The notes beneath the pieces were generated by a model that saw only the letters and a program-made list of their open reading frames with translations, did no database searches and was not told the origin of the DNA. A DNA stretch of 64,000 nt from Leucoraja ocellata. Lineage: Eukaryota. Below are positions 27,277 through 40,501 of this stretch, in pieces (within the stretch, counting starts at the first letter, position 1; each line of letters begins with the position of its first letter). Location of the stretch: NCBI GenBank assembly GCA_036785375.1, contig JAWMAR010000033.1:11408001-11472000 (forward strand), in the 5' to 3' direction. The position numbers and the translations under genes were made by a program.

Positions 27277-27291
27277 GCTGCCCCCTGGTGG
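27277..27291 (-). promoter_or_regulatory. CTCF consensus site
   Basis: Minus strand CCACCAGGGGGCAGC in non-repeat, AT-rich context. Confidence 0.6.
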
Positions 27292-27620
27292 TTTTGTTAA
27301 CCAAGGATTGTTTTTGAGATTACTGTATAGTGCCAATGTACAGATATCACAATATAACTGCTTTGATTCAGCAGGTCTGCAGCCAAGCTCACCTTACGCC
27401 CTGCAAATGGACAACATCAAAATCCCCTAATTTCAAAATACGATTTGCTCCTTTATTTTCACCATCTTTCTACTAGATAGATAATGAGTTGAGAAAAAAA
27501 GTTGTTGAATAGTCATTGTTTGACCAAAAACAACCTCATTAATTGCAGTTAAACCTGTGGGAGTGAACAAGTTGAGATCTATTAAAAAATATTCACCCAA
27601 AAATATTCACTGCTGCTGCC

Positions 27621-28056
27621 GTAGGTATCTAGCTCCTGTATGTATCTAGCTCCTGTAGGTAACTAGCTCCTGTATGTATCTAGCACTATAGGTATCTAGC
27701 TCCTGTAGGTATCTCGCTCCTGTAGGTAACTAGCTCCTGTATGTATCTAGCTCCTGTATGTATCTAGCTCCTGTATGTATCTAGCTCCTGTAGGTATCTA
27801 GCTCCTGTATGTATCTAGCACTATAGGTATCTAGCTCCTATATGTATCTAGCTCCTGTAGGTATCTAGCTCCTGTAGGTATCTAGCTCCTGTATGTATCT
27901 AGCACTATAGGTATCTAGCTCCTATATGTATCTAGCACTATAGGTATCTAGCTCCTGTAGGTATCTCGCTCCTGTAGGTAACTAGCTCCTGTATGTATCT
28001 AGCACTATAGGTATCTAGCACTATAGGTATCTAGCTCCTGTAGGTATCTAGCTACT
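27621..28056. repeat. 17/16-bp minisatellite
   Basis: Unit gta(g/t)gtatctagctcct with 16-bp ...tagcact variants. Confidence 0.95.
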
Positions 28057-30104
28057 ACAGGATGGGTGACACTGGCCATCCTGTGAAATCATTCTAACTG
28101 TGTTTGGGATCGATTGGGTTCATTTGTCAATATCAGATTTGGGGCAATATTTGGGTTTTAAAAGGGAAATGTGTGGAACCATGAGTTCCTGGTTCAGGAA
28201 CAGCTTCTTCTCAACAACCATCTGGCTATTGAACATGACAAACACCAACTAAACTTCAAACTATGAACTGTCTTGGTTGCACTCGGGACTTCTGGCCTTT
28301 GTTTTGTTTTACACTGATATTGGGTCTTTTTTAAGTTATTGAACATTATTTGCCTGTTTATTGTATTATCTATTAAATACTGTGTTTACAGACCCGTTAT
28401 GCAGCTGCAAGTAAAAAAATCCATTGTGCTGTTTTGGTACATATGACAATCAAACACTCTTTCTCTCTCTCTCTCTCTCTTGAGATGGGATATGGCCTTT
28501 TTTTTAGGACAGGCATTTCACAGGGTATTTCTCATCATAAAAAATCTTTAAAGGACTTGAAACTGCAGAAATAATTCCAGTTTTGAAATGAAATCCTCTG
28601 TGTGGTTAACGCTTAGAGTAATTCACATATTCACTTTAGCTTTTTATTTCTCTTTGTTCTAGTTTGTGGAGTGATGTCCAGTAACACACCAATAAAAACC
28701 TGCTAATTTCTGCCCAAACTTATGTGGCAATAACTACAGTGCATTTCCTGAGAAATTCTGAAATCTATTTCATTTTGCTAACAGTGAATATTTCATTAAA
28801 ATTAATGATAGGTTTTGGTTCCAGTGCAAACACTTACATTCCATCGCTGGAGTGATACACTCATTGTAATCAGATTACAATTTGGTTCCAGTGCAAAAGC
28901 TGTCCTACTCTCAGTCAGCCTGTCAATGCAAAGTTGATGGAGACGTTATGATTGGTCTAAAAGTTGGGAACTCCCTATTTGCACTCCCATTATGAGTGAC
29001 CACATTAATCCCCATCGTTACTTTGAATCACCAACTAAATGCCTTAAAATAAATCTCCACACAGCTTCCTTCTGTGTGTACATTAGCTCCAATTGACAGA
29101 CTAACAAGGCTTGTCAGAGGCTCATTGGCCTTATCCATTCTGTAGCTACATAATTTAGACGATGATAACCTCTAGTTTCTGCCTTAAATAAAAAGGAAAG
29201 AAAGTAAAAATGCAGCATGTGCAGGGATTGTTTGGATTTTATGCAGTCGTATAAAACAGATGTTGAATTTGCAGCCCATTTTACATCATTCCCATAATTA
29301 TTTCCATGGAAGTTGTTGAGTATAAAATGGGCTGTTGACTAACATTATTGTGCAAAGTTGAGATATCTCTTCTGACCTGCTTTTGATAAAATGCAAGCAT
29401 CACAAAGAGTAATTGTAAAATAATGGAGAACTGGACCAAAAGCAAAGAAAAAGCACAACCTGCTTTGTTATTGCATTGTTCCTTTTCCATTCTAATAATG
29501 ATCTTTAAACCCAGTGGAGGTCTATGAAAAGGAGCCAATTTATGACCATATTTCAACTGTAGTCCTGTGCTCTGCCTTGCAACATCTGCTTGGCTTTTCA
29601 TAGCGGTTTATTTTTAATTTAGTTTTTCTTCCTCTTTTTTTACTCTTTATGCAAATATTCACTAGAGTGGAGATTGTAGTTGACTACAGTTGCTTTTCAT
29701 AATGACTAAATCTTTGGAGGTCTGCTAATATTTCAAAATATGGAGGGTTTACACAAAGCCTGTCTATAGATGGAACTTCCAGCACAGAAACAGGCCATTT
29801 GCTTCAACTCATCTGTGATATTTATGCTCAACAGGAATTGTCTTCCATCTGACTTTGTCTAGACACATATATGACCAGAGCAGGGGTGGTCTTTCATCAA
29901 TTTCTCATCATAGTTTGCCACAAAAAAGCATACATTTTCCAGCAGGTTTGTAACCAACAATCACCAGCTGAAATCCTTGCTACATTAGTTCGATACTTCC
30001 AGTCATTCCATACAGATCATGATGCACTAGGCAGTGTATCGCTAGGCAGTGTTTTCACCCTAAACCTCTGCTGAAATATGAAGAAGTTTCTTTTGAAGTC
30101 TTCT

Positions 30105-30545
30105 ACTTAGATTGTGGACGCAGCCAGATCATCACTCAGACCAACCCCCCTTCCAATGACCATCTACACTTCAGAAGGCTAAAAGCATCATCAAGGACCA
30201 GTCTCACCTCGGTCACTCCCTCTTCTCCCCTCTCTGATCGGGCAAGAGGTACAAAAGTGTGAAAACGCACACCTCCAGATTCAGGGACGTTTCTTCCCAG
30301 CTGTTATCAGCAACTGAATCATCCTCTCACCAACTAGAGAGCGGTCGGTCCTGACCAACTCTCTACCTCACTGGAGACTATCGGACTCTATTTAATCGGA
30401 CTTTACCATGCACTAAATGTTATTCTATTCATCATGTATCTGTACACAATGGATATTGTAATCATGTACAGTCTTTCCGCTGACTAGTTAGCACACAACA
30501 AAAGCTTTTCACTGTACCTCGGTACACATGACAATAATAAACTAA
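30105..30545 (+). mobile_element. Rex1/Babar-type LINE 3' end (in or near the PSD4 3'UTR)
   Basis: SIIKDQSHLGHSLFSPL..GKRYKSVKTHTSRF motif; tail ttcactgtacctcggtacacatgacaata. Confidence 0.8.
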
Positions 30546-30791
30546 CACATGACTGAGCCAGGAGGCTCCAAATGTGGAATGTGCAACATAATAAAATGAC
30601 CTTTAAAATTCATAAAAGAGATTACAAAAATAAAATACCTCCCCGCCCCCACCCCCCATCTCCCCATGTTGGTTCCTACCATTTTACCTCATATTTTCTT
30701 GACCATTTTCTTCATGTATTTGCTTACCGGAGTCAGATTTCCACAGGTCACTCAATCCTTTTATATCAATGTATTTTATATACGATAATTT

Positions 30792-31037
30792 TTATATTAA
30801 TTTTCTATGCCTGCTCGGAATAATTTTCCTGTAGGTCCTTCGCTCTGATACATTTCTCTTCACTTTGACAACCGGTACCTGTTCTTGGTTGAGAGATGGA
30901 CTGGAATATGATTTTTTTAAGTTGCATCCTTCTCCTTCCAAGGTGTTAAACAGCTGTGCTTCCAATTTGTCCAGATCGTCAGTGCCTTCATTCAGCTTAA
31001 TTTTTAAAAGCTTCACATAAGTTTCAATTCGACACTT
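30792..31037 (-). CDS. PSD4: PSD4 last coding exon
   Basis: ttttgcag|; [11 protein letters not shown]...[42 protein letters not shown]. The KVKRN(I/V)[12 protein letters not shown]-terminus is characteristic of PSD4. Confidence 0.95.
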   Translation of the reverse strand, partial: KCRIETYVKLLKIKLNEGTDDLDKLEAQLFNTLEGEGCNLKKSYSSPSLNQEQVPVVKVKRNVSERRTYRKIIPSRHRKLI

Positions 31038-31496
31038 CTGCAAAAATTAAATGGATTTTAAATCATCAAGCGTAGGTTGGTGGATCAAAGCACATTGTGC
31101 ATCACACAAGAGTAGCCAAACTACCATGTACAGTTTGATTTCCACATTGGACGATGGTTTGATAACAATGAAGAGGGTGCAGAAAAGATTTGAGGATTCA
31201 AAAGCTTCCCGCTATTAAAAACTACCCCTAAAACAGCTCTTCCATTTTTCCCTATCCAATTCTCTCCATTCCCCTTTTCCTGAAGTTAAACACTCTAATA
31301 TTAATTTCACTATCAATGCAAGTTGCAGATTAACCAGATGATGTAATTCTGATATAAAATCCCACACCTGTTTTTTACTCTCTCCTGATGCGACATGATC
31401 TGCTCAGTATTATCACCAACTGTTCCCTTTGGCATCTCACAGTCACCAACTGTTCTCATTCATCTCCCTCTATTTACAGTACCCAGGTCAGATCAG

Positions 31497-31950
31497 CAAT
31501 CCAGGACAAGAAGGCTCTGCAGAGAGTAGTGCGTTCGGCTGAACGCAGTATGGGAACTTCACTCGCCCCCGTGCAGTAACTATACATCAGGAAGTGCAAC
31601 TCCAGAGCCAACAAAATCATGGGAGACCCCTTCCACACCCTGCAACGGACTGTTCCAGCTGCTACGGTCAGGTAAATGCCTCCGCTGCCATGCTGTGAGA
31701 ACGGAGAGGTTGAGAAGGAGTTTCTTCCCAGAGGCCATTCGGACTGTAAATCTCACCAGGGACTAACTTTACTGAACGTTTTTCCTTCCAATATTTAATA
31801 TGTAAAATAATATGTGTGTGTTTATGATTGTGTTTATAGTTTGTTTGGTTGTTTGTCTGTTGGTCTTTTTGCACAAAGTCCGCGAGCATTGCCACTTTTC
31901 ATTTCACTGCACATCTCGTATGTGTATGTGACAAATAAACTTGACTTGAC
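31497..31950 (+). mobile_element. Rex1/Babar-type LINE 3' end
   Basis: QDKKALQRVVRSAER...LFQLLRSG...ERLRRSFFPEAIR; ends gtgacaaataaac(ttgac)n. Confidence 0.85.
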
Positions 31951-32185
31951 AATGATGAAACATCTCTCTCTCTCTCTCACGTGGAGAATTCAATGTTCAT
32001 ACTTTTAGTTTGTAAATGCATCTGCCATTTCTCTGCCCATATTTGTAACTGATCTATATCCTGCTTATCCTGTGACAGCCTTCTTCAGTGTCCACGACTC
32101 CTCCAGGTTTTGTGTTGTCTGCCCAACCAATCCGTCATTGTTATGGATCACAAACCCAGCTCATGCCCACATTTTAAAACATTAC

Positions 32186-32329
32186 CTCATATTCAAAATA
32201 TTCCTGCTTCATTTTGTACTCCTCAAACTCCTTTGCTTTGCTTTTCTTGTCTGGAACATTCAGCTGGTGATCATCAAGATCGTCCAATATCGACTGCAAC
32301 ATGGAGTCATGAGATTCAAGCTGTGCCTC
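32186..32329 (-). CDS. PSD4: PSD4 coiled-coil exon
   Basis: tttcag| ... GAG|gtaatg; 144 nt; EAQLESHDSMLQSILDDL...KEFEEYKMKQEYFEYE. Confidence 0.93.
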
Positions 32330-32419
32330 CTGAAACAAAGCATGAAGTTCATCGATGAGACAAGTGGGTGCCTCGGGATACAGGGAGGACAACCAGGGTG
32401 GGGGCAGGAGGGGGGAGAG

Positions 32420-32670
32420 AGGGCTTATTTGAAATTAGGGAAATCAATGTTCATATTGCTGGGCTGTAAGTTGCCCAAACGAAATATGAGATGTTCCTCC
32501 AATTTGTGTGTGTCCTGACTGTGGCAGTGGAGAAAGCCCAGGACAGAAAGCTCAGTATGGGAATGTTTGGCAACCGGGAGATTGAGTGGGCCAAGGCGGA
32601 CTGAGTGTAAGTGTTCAGCCAAACGATCGCCCAACCGAAGCTTGGTCTCTCTGAAATAAAGGAGCCTATT
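32420..32670 (-). mobile_element. Penelope-like element ORF 3' end (GIY-YIG endonuclease fragment)
   Basis: GLLYFRETKLRLGDRLAEHLHSVR...KLEEHLIFRLGNLQPSNMNIDF resembles the PLE endonuclease motifs YIGETKRRLGDRFAEH and EQHLIFRLGTLQPxGxN. Confidence 0.85.
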
Positions 32671-32734
32671 CTACGGGCAGGGTAGATGAGGATACTGTCA
32701 ACTTTCGGAGTGCTTTGTCCTCTTTAACTGTATT

Positions 32735-33123
32735 AGTTTAGTTTATTTTATTGTCACGTGTACCGATGTACAGTTACAAGCTTTTTGTTGCATGCTAAGC
32801 AGTCAGTGGACTCTACATGATCACAATTGAGCCATCCGCAGTGTACATGTACATGAAAGAGGGAATAATGCTTTGTGCAAGATAACATCCAGTAAAGTAC
32901 GATTAAAGATAGTCCAAGGGTCTTCAATGAGGTAGATAACAGCTCAGGACCGCTCTCTAGTTGGTGAGAGGATGGTTCAGTTGCCTGATAACAGCTGGGA
33001 AGAAAATGTCCCTGAATCTGGAGTTGTGTGTTTTCATACTTCTGTACCTCTTGCCTGAGGGGAGAGGGGGGAAGAGGGAGTGAGACTGGTCCTTGATGAT
33101 GCTGCTGGCCTTGCCGAGGCAGC
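32735..33123 (-). mobile_element. Rex1/Babar-type LINE 3' end
   Basis: CLGKASSIIKDQSHSLFPPLPSGKRYRSMKTHNSRFRDIFFPAVIRQLN. Confidence 0.85.
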
Positions 33124-34138
33124 TTATTATAAGTAGTAATACTGATGTTGTAGAGATTTCTGACTTCTGTGTGATCCCAGTATCGGTAATCCTTGTGTTG
33201 TGAGCATTCAGGTAGCGAAAATTCACCCTTGCAGAATTCACTAATCCCTACTTAAAATGAAATCTCCAGTAAAACTCAGATTCCTACAGAATTTATTTGA
33301 TAAAAAGTAAATAAATAAATACCAAATTTATTTTATTCAGCTTGCATTTCTTGATGCACATGCCGAAGACGTGACTTTGCGTTGTGGAAATTCATGATAC
33401 AAACCATCCATAATGCGGGGGGCACCTGCAAATGAGCTAACCCGTACAATAGGTTTGCTGAAGATTGCTTCAGCTCCACTCACAAAGCATCAACAAGAAT
33501 GAAGCAAAATTATGGAAGAAGAATTTTGTATACTAGTGATCCTAACTCATTAATGTCAGAAGCTGAAACATTTTTACTACCTGCGTTTGAAGAATAAATA
33601 TCGACCAGGATATTGGGGATAACTCCCCAAATACTTTCTCAAAAGTGGTGTTGGATCTTTTTACATCCACCTGTCGGATTTTAATCTCAGCACCATGATG
33701 GGCCCCGAAAGTGATCTCCTTAGTTTACACTAGCTTATGATTCAGAGTTGAGATTCTGCCTGGCTCTGGAGCCAGAAACAGGAAGACAACTAAACAAAGA
33801 ACGGAAGAGGGCGATCTGTAGTGACCAAGAGCAATACAATATGTCAAAAGCATACACATAAAAAATAAACTAACCTAAGGGAAGAAATAATTGAGGGTCA
33901 AAGATATATCTATTAATAGCAAGTATCTTGTAATGGATGATAAAAAAACAGTGGGAAAAGTGACATTTTACAGAGAGATGTCCTCTAGAAGGGAAAGCCA
34001 ACATGTTTGTACCCGATCAATGTTACCCAATTGACCAGTTATTACCAGATCTCAGTGGATTTCATAGCTGCTATTATTTTTTTGGAAGGAGATATTTTGG
34101 TAGAAATAACACAGTGGAACTAAAATACGTCAATGTAC

Positions 34139-34283
34139 CTCTTTCTGTTTAGAGACAGTGGCTGGGTATATTGGTCGACTAAACTTCCTCTTTGAACCAA
34201 TAGCTGCTGGGAATGGAGGTGAAGAAAACATGGCGGCCACGAGATTGACCCGGGTGATCCACGAGTTCATCTGTTCCGCACTT
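34139..34283 (-). CDS. PSD4: PSD4 exon, end of PH domain
   Basis: ccaacag| ... GAG|gtacat; 145 nt; [40 protein letters not shown]. Confidence 0.95.
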
Positions 34284-35254
34284 CTGTTGGAGTTAAAAAA
34301 CAGCATTATTGATGTACTTTGAGGAACTGAAGTCGGATTACTTTCAAATTATTGTTGCCTAGCTGATTGGTTGGGGAGCAAACACTAAGTGAGAGTATCG
34401 AACTGGTGCAATGACTTTATTCAAGAAGTCCACAAAGGGGCAGAGATAAGGTAGCAGGACATGTTATTTTTCTCAGTTTAAGGAAGTCTGGATAGGCTGG
34501 GTTTGTTTTCCTTAGAGTGGAGAAGACCAATGGGGACTGATGAAGAGGTACAAACATGAGGGGCATAGTGGGGTGGATAGACGTGAACTTTTTGCCAGAT
34601 AAGTGGTGCAACGAGAAAGACACAGATTTAAGGTAAAGTTTAGAGGAGGTCAAATTAAGCATTTTTTTGCACCCGGGGGCATAATTCTTGGCACATTTAA
34701 AACTGAGATGAAGAGAAAGTTATTATTTCCAGATGAGGTAACTCTCCACCCTTGAGGCCCGTGGAGACCCAGTCATCGAGCAGATTGAAGGTAGGTTGTT
34801 AAACGTTTTGGGCACGGAATCAAAGGATGTGGAGATGAGGAAGGTGAACCTGATGTAGTGGAACAGTCATGCTATTCCTGAATGACGGAGACTCAAGCAT
34901 TAGATTTGAAGCTTTTGGCATTGTTACAGAGCTCTAGGGGCATCTGGTGGATGTGAGAATATGGCAACATAGTGCTTAATTTACCAGATTAGCATCCAGA
35001 GTTCTAGACGCTGATTTTGAGACATAGAAATATGAATCTCACCGTGTCATAGAACGTAGAACATGCCAGCTGGGAAATTTAAATTCAAGCAATTAACTTA
35101 GCCAGCGATAAAAACTAATCCCAATTAAGAACTGTGATTCTGTTTACAGTAGAATATTTTTACTGTCACCAGTTTGTCATAAAATCCCATCTTGTACTGT
35201 TGGTACTATTTGTCATTCTAAGTTTTTATTACAGTAAAGTTTAGATGATACTTA

Positions 35255-35401
<147 letters not shown>

Positions 35402-35467
35402 CTAGGAAGAGTAATGACATATTACATTTCATTGCTTCTTGAATGACTAGCTGGTTATTTCGACTTT

Positions 35468-35728
35468 AAAGATACAGCCTGGAAACAGACCACGCCCACC
35501 AGTCCACTAGCACTTTCCCACGCACTGGGGGCAATTTACAATTTACACAAGCCAAATAACCAACAAACCTGAATGTCTTTGGTGTGTGGAAGGAAACTGG
35601 AGCACTTGGGGAAAACCCATGCACACAGGGAATATGTAAAACTCTGTACAGACAGCACCCGTAGTCAGCATTGACCCGGGTCTCTGATGCTGTAAGGCAG
35701 CAACTCTACAGCTGCGCCACCGTGTGGC
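35468..35728 (-). mobile_element. HE1-like V-SINE
   Basis: Same head and core as 19453-19758, more diverged. Confidence 0.8.
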
Positions 35729-35824
35729 CCTTTCCCATTGCCAGATGATGGTACTGGGATAGGGATGAGATGAGAGCACCTTGTCAACAGAACAAAGTAG
35801 ATGCAAATTGTATCTAATGACTCA

Positions 35825-36265
35825 GAGGCATGTTACCTGAACTTATAGGTGTGAGTTATAGCGAGAGGCTGAATAGGCTGGTATCTTTTTGCCAGCTGGT
35901 GCATAGTTGGCTGAGGGATGACCTTGTTGAGGTGTACAAGATCATAATGGGCATGGATCAAGTGAATGCTCAAGGTCTTTTTCCCACTGCAGAGGATTTT
36001 AAGCAAAGGCTTAAGATGAGACGGGTGAGATTTAAGAGGGACCTCGGGCAACTTTTTCACTCATATCTGGAATGAGCTGCCAGAGAAAGCTATAGAAATG
36101 GAAACATTTATGACTTTCAAAATACATTTAGAAAGCTATATTGAAAGGAAGGGTTTTGAGAAATCAAACCAAATGTGGGCAAATGGGACTAGCCCAGAAT
36201 GGCAATTCGACTGGCATGGACAGAGGGTGCTGAAGGGCCTGTTTCCATGTTGTATAGTTCTTTGA
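35825..36265 (+). mobile_element. CR1 LINE 3' fragment, decayed
   Basis: SYSERLNRL...LRDDLVEVYKII, tggaatgagctgccaga, gggcctgtttcc tail. Confidence 0.85.
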
Positions 36266-36410
36266 CTTTAAACCCCTTGGATCAAGTATGGTTGAAAATA
36301 ACATTATTTAGTCTACCGTTTTTAAATGTTCATTCTCATTTATTATTGATTAGTTTAAGTACACTACAAAATGGTGTTAGTGAGTGTGATGTGTGTAAGA
36401 TCTATGTCTG

Positions 36411-36488
36411 CTGAAACGTCACCGATTCCTTCTCTCCTGAGATGCTGTCTGACCCGCTAAGTTACTCCACCATTTTGTGTCTATCTTT
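36411..36488 (+). mobile_element. Short PLE-derived element, truncated
   Basis: gaaacgtcacc...ttttgtgtctatcttt arm. Confidence 0.75.
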
Positions 36489-37583
36489 AATTAACCTTGG
36501 GTCCAGTCAGAAAATCATACCAGCCCATGTTCAATTCTCAAATATTACCTGTACAATAGAACTTTTTTTTAAATAATAGTGGAAAAGTTTATAGATCTGT
36601 GAGCTCCTCCTAATGATCCAACTGTATGTTGAAAGGATTTGCAGTTATAATATAGTTTTCTGTTGGTCCCTAAAAGACACTAGGTGGTGCTCATGGAACG
36701 CTACAATGCCAAGGGCTGTCTATTTCACATCAGGCAGCAAAATGAGGACATGTTTAGTTAAGACCACTAGAGACCATACAGATTTGGAGTTTGCTCGGGT
36801 GCAAGAGTTGCCAAAAAGTTTCCTCCTCCTTTCTCTTTACATCCCTTCAAAGTTTTAGAGTTACCGTGATGTCATCCATTGACTTTAAATCCGATGCAAA
36901 CTTTCCTGTCAAGTAGTACTCAGGCCCCAGTTAAAACTGTATCAAAGTCTTGATGTAATAGGATCCAATTAACATAAATCTTCAGGTCTTATTTCAGGCG
37001 ATTGCACCAGCTGTCTACAAAAATCCCGAATAGCACTTGAAATCAGGGGCGGAAAACCCGGGGGAACAAATTACTTTCTTAGATTAAGGTATTTTAGGGA
37101 ATGATTGATTATATCCGTATAGATTTGTAGAAAGAAAACTAGCAGAGAGCAGCATTATTTGAGCACCATTACTCCATGTTGATATATTTATTTTTCTCTT
37201 GCATGAGATTTGTCATCCCAACTGGCCAGAGAATGTACACTAAATCTGAATGGCTAGAACCTAGATATAATCAATATGATTTGGATCATTCATAACTAAC
37301 AATTCAAATATACCAACAACTTGCAATTGAATTTTGTATTTAATCTATGTTTTTGGATTGATTTATACGTTGCTTACTCCTTGAGAAAGATAGACACGAC
37401 TTGTCTTTTCCTTACTTTAAGTACAGATTTTAACAATTATGGCAAGAAGGAGCAGGAGAAGATAAAGAGTTTTATGGATGAAACTAAGAAGGAATGTTAG
37501 GAGCAAATGTGGTGATTTGAACATTTAGAATACAGAAAAGCGGAGTATTAATGAAATGCTCAAGGCCAGATTTGTGAGTTTAC

Positions 37584-37654
37584 CTTCAGCAGATAGATGA
37601 TAGTTCCCTTTAACACAGCGTAAAAGGTTTTCCAGCTTCTCTTTCCCCATGGTG
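37584..37654 (-). CDS. PSD4: PSD4 PH exon
   Basis: ccatag| ... AAG|gtaaac; 71 nt; [30 protein letters not shown] matches PSD4 as I recall it; paralogs have TPRG. Confidence 0.95.
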
Positions 37655-38529
37655 CTATGGAACATAGGAAAGCAAGAATTAGAAATAGCTACTGCACTGG
37701 AACAAATGTTACTGTACTAGAAATTGCATAGGATCTAAAATAGGCATGTTAAAATGGTGCTGCTCTCTAACACACTAGTTTTACAGAGGCCCTGTGGAAT
37801 ACAAACCAAGGCAGCCTTTGGCCATAGAAAGGCATTACTTCAGCTACCCCTGCCATCGTCGCATTAGTGGCAGAATTCAGTTGGGTGTGGGGATGCATGA
37901 TCAGGTTTGAGGACATTAGTGATTAGACAAAAGACAATAGGTACAGGAGTAGGCCATTCGGCCCTTTGAGCCAGCACCACCATTCAATGTGATCATGGCT
38001 GATCATCCATGAAGATGGGTAAGGAATTCTAAATATATATATCCATATAGGAAAAGTCCTTTTTAACACCACCTTCCTATCTCCATCAGAAAACCCCTCT
38101 CATACGCTGCTGTGTCACAATTGCCTTTGACTAACTTTGTGCAAGCAATCATTCTCTGACTGCAAGCTCCCTGAGAGGGAGTCAAGTTGTCACCGTGCAT
38201 GCAACCACCCATTAACCCACATCCTTCCTCTATAACTTGTAGATTGTTAATGTTGCCATGCCAAGGACTTGGAGAACTCAGAGGTAAATTTGTTTGGCTA
38301 TCTGCAACTATAGTTCTCAAATTGTTATTAAAAGTAATTGTTGATTGCTAATATTTCTGCAGACGGCACAGTGGCAACTAATTATGTAGGTCCTGGGATG
38401 TTTAAATTATGATAGTAATTTGATCCAACTCAAGAGGTTGATTAAAATAACCCATAAGTGCTGGAATAACCCAGCAGGTCAGGTAGCATCACTGGAAAAG
38501 ATTGACAGATGATGTTTTGAGTGGGTTGA

Positions 38530-39130
38530 TCAGCTAGGTTATTATGCCGAGAAGTGGCAAATGGTGTTCAATTGGGATAAGTGTGAGTATTGTATTTCGG
38601 CAAGTCAAAGCTTGGTGCAAGGCTCACAGCGAGCAGATGGGGCATAGAGTATGTTGCAGAGCAGAGAACAAATATATAGCTCCCTGAAAGCTACGTCATA
38701 GGTAGACAGGGTGGTGAAGAATGCATTTGGCAGGCTGGCCTTCATCGGTTAGGGCAATGAGCAAAGGAATTGGGATGTTATGTGGCAGTTGTACAAGATC
38801 TTGGTGAGGGAGCATTTGTAGAATTTAGTTTTGGTTACTCTGCTATAGGAAAGATGGCATTAGACTGGAAAGGTGAGATGGGAACATTTTAAAAGGGACC
38901 TGTGTGACAAGTCTTTAACAGAGGATATTTGGAATGAGCTGCCAGAAGAAATGTTTGAGCAGGTACAATAACAACATTTAAAAGACTTTTGGGCGGTACA
39001 TGGATAAGATAGGTCTAAGGGATATGGGTCAAACACAGGCAAATGGGAACAGTGTAGATGGGGCATCTTGGATGACATGGAGGTGAATTGGGCTGGTGCC
39101 TGTTTCTCTGCTGTAATACTCAATGACTCT
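38530..39130 (+). mobile_element. CR1 LINE 3' fragment, decayed
   Basis: AEKWQMVFN..KCE-like segment, LYKILVR-like segment and CR1 tail. Confidence 0.8.
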
Positions 39131-39597
39131 AGTACATTACACCTGACCTATACTATAACAACTGTGTTGTACTCTGGTGCCACTTATAGTAGAGCATGCA
39201 TCATTCTTTCCGCCCTGCCCCTTGCCCCATTTTAATCTCTGTGATTTGCTTAACTAAGACCTTGCCCCATCATGCACAAAGTTTTGTCTCCTTCATAAAC
39301 CTTGGGATTTATGTGTTTGCTTTCTCTCCCTCACAGCTATCAGGTGTAGCACACTGATTCCAACTTTATGTTGTAGGTTGAGACATGAGCACAAAGTACG
39401 GACTATCACCAGTGCAGTACAGACACACATGTCACGATGTTAACTGAAGCATCTTTCTGATTTCTCCCTGGTTTTTTTTCCCTTTCTTTTTCTTTTTTCC
39501 TTATTCTCCCTTCACTCTGTTCTCTGAAAGAGAGAATGTGGTAGTCCACAGTCCCAGGATACCTTCAACTGGAAATGCAGTGGGAGAGATAACTAAC

Positions 39598-39773
39598 TTT
39601 TTTTGCCATCAATGTCAGCGTGGAATTTGCGACTAAGAAATCCTTGCTTGTAGGTGGGGGCTTTGTGATCATGCAGGACCTCCAGGAAAGGGCTGCCTTT
39701 GTCCGTCGTGCCTGATATGTTGATGGTATCTTCAGACATTGGCATGATAGATCTCTGCAGCTCTTCATCATCC
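39598..39773 (-). CDS. PSD4: PSD4 linker / PH domain start exon
   Basis: attccag| ... |gttagt; 176 nt; DDEELQRS...SPFLEVLHDHKAPTYKQGFLSRKFHADIDGKK. Confidence 0.94.
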
Positions 39774-40457
39774 CTGGAATAATTAATAGCAAAGAGGATG
39801 GATATTAATCTAATTTCTGTATGAAGTTAGATTTTTAATATTAATTAGTGTGGCTTGTTATCATTCAGACCCACCAGGATGCTGCCATATTAACTAGCAT
39901 GAAGATATGTTCTGCATAATTCCAATGGTGGTCGGACTGCACTATTCCTCCTGTCCCCAAGTCCGCAGGCTAGAAGTTTCTCACTAGATTCTGGATACAT
40001 TTTTAAAACTTTACTGGGTGGATTTTGTATTAACTGGATATCCCTCACTGCATTCTCTCTAGACTCATGGCTCAATACTGAGTTCTACATAAATGTGATG
40101 TCCAACACCATGTAGACGGAGCTTGATGGAGACATAATGTTCCAATCTAGGCTCGCTATGGCCCTGATGCCCAACATCAGATTCTCTGTGAACCTGATCC
40201 CCTCTTGGCCCCAGTATGGATCAATTGCCCCTTTGTTCTGTATTGATACAAGTGGAGTGACTGTCCAGATCTCATGTCCACATGAACCCCACTATCTGAT
40301 GTTCCCCATTGGCTCCTGTATACAACTCATGTTTCCCAGTATTTCCTGATTGATCTGATGTCCTTCTTTTCACTTTCTCCATGTATCCAGTCAGACAAGG
40401 AAGCTTTTATTATGAAATAAGTAACACAGTTGCTGGGGTTAAGTGTTAGGTACTTAC

Positions 40458-40501
40458 ACGGCCCATTCGAGCTTCTTACTTTTTATTGAATGGTACAGAG
40501 C
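40458..40501 (-). CDS. PSD4: PSD4 exon, end of Sec7
   Basis: tttccag| ... GT|gtaagt; 44 nt; ALYHSIKSKKLEWAV. Confidence 0.94.
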
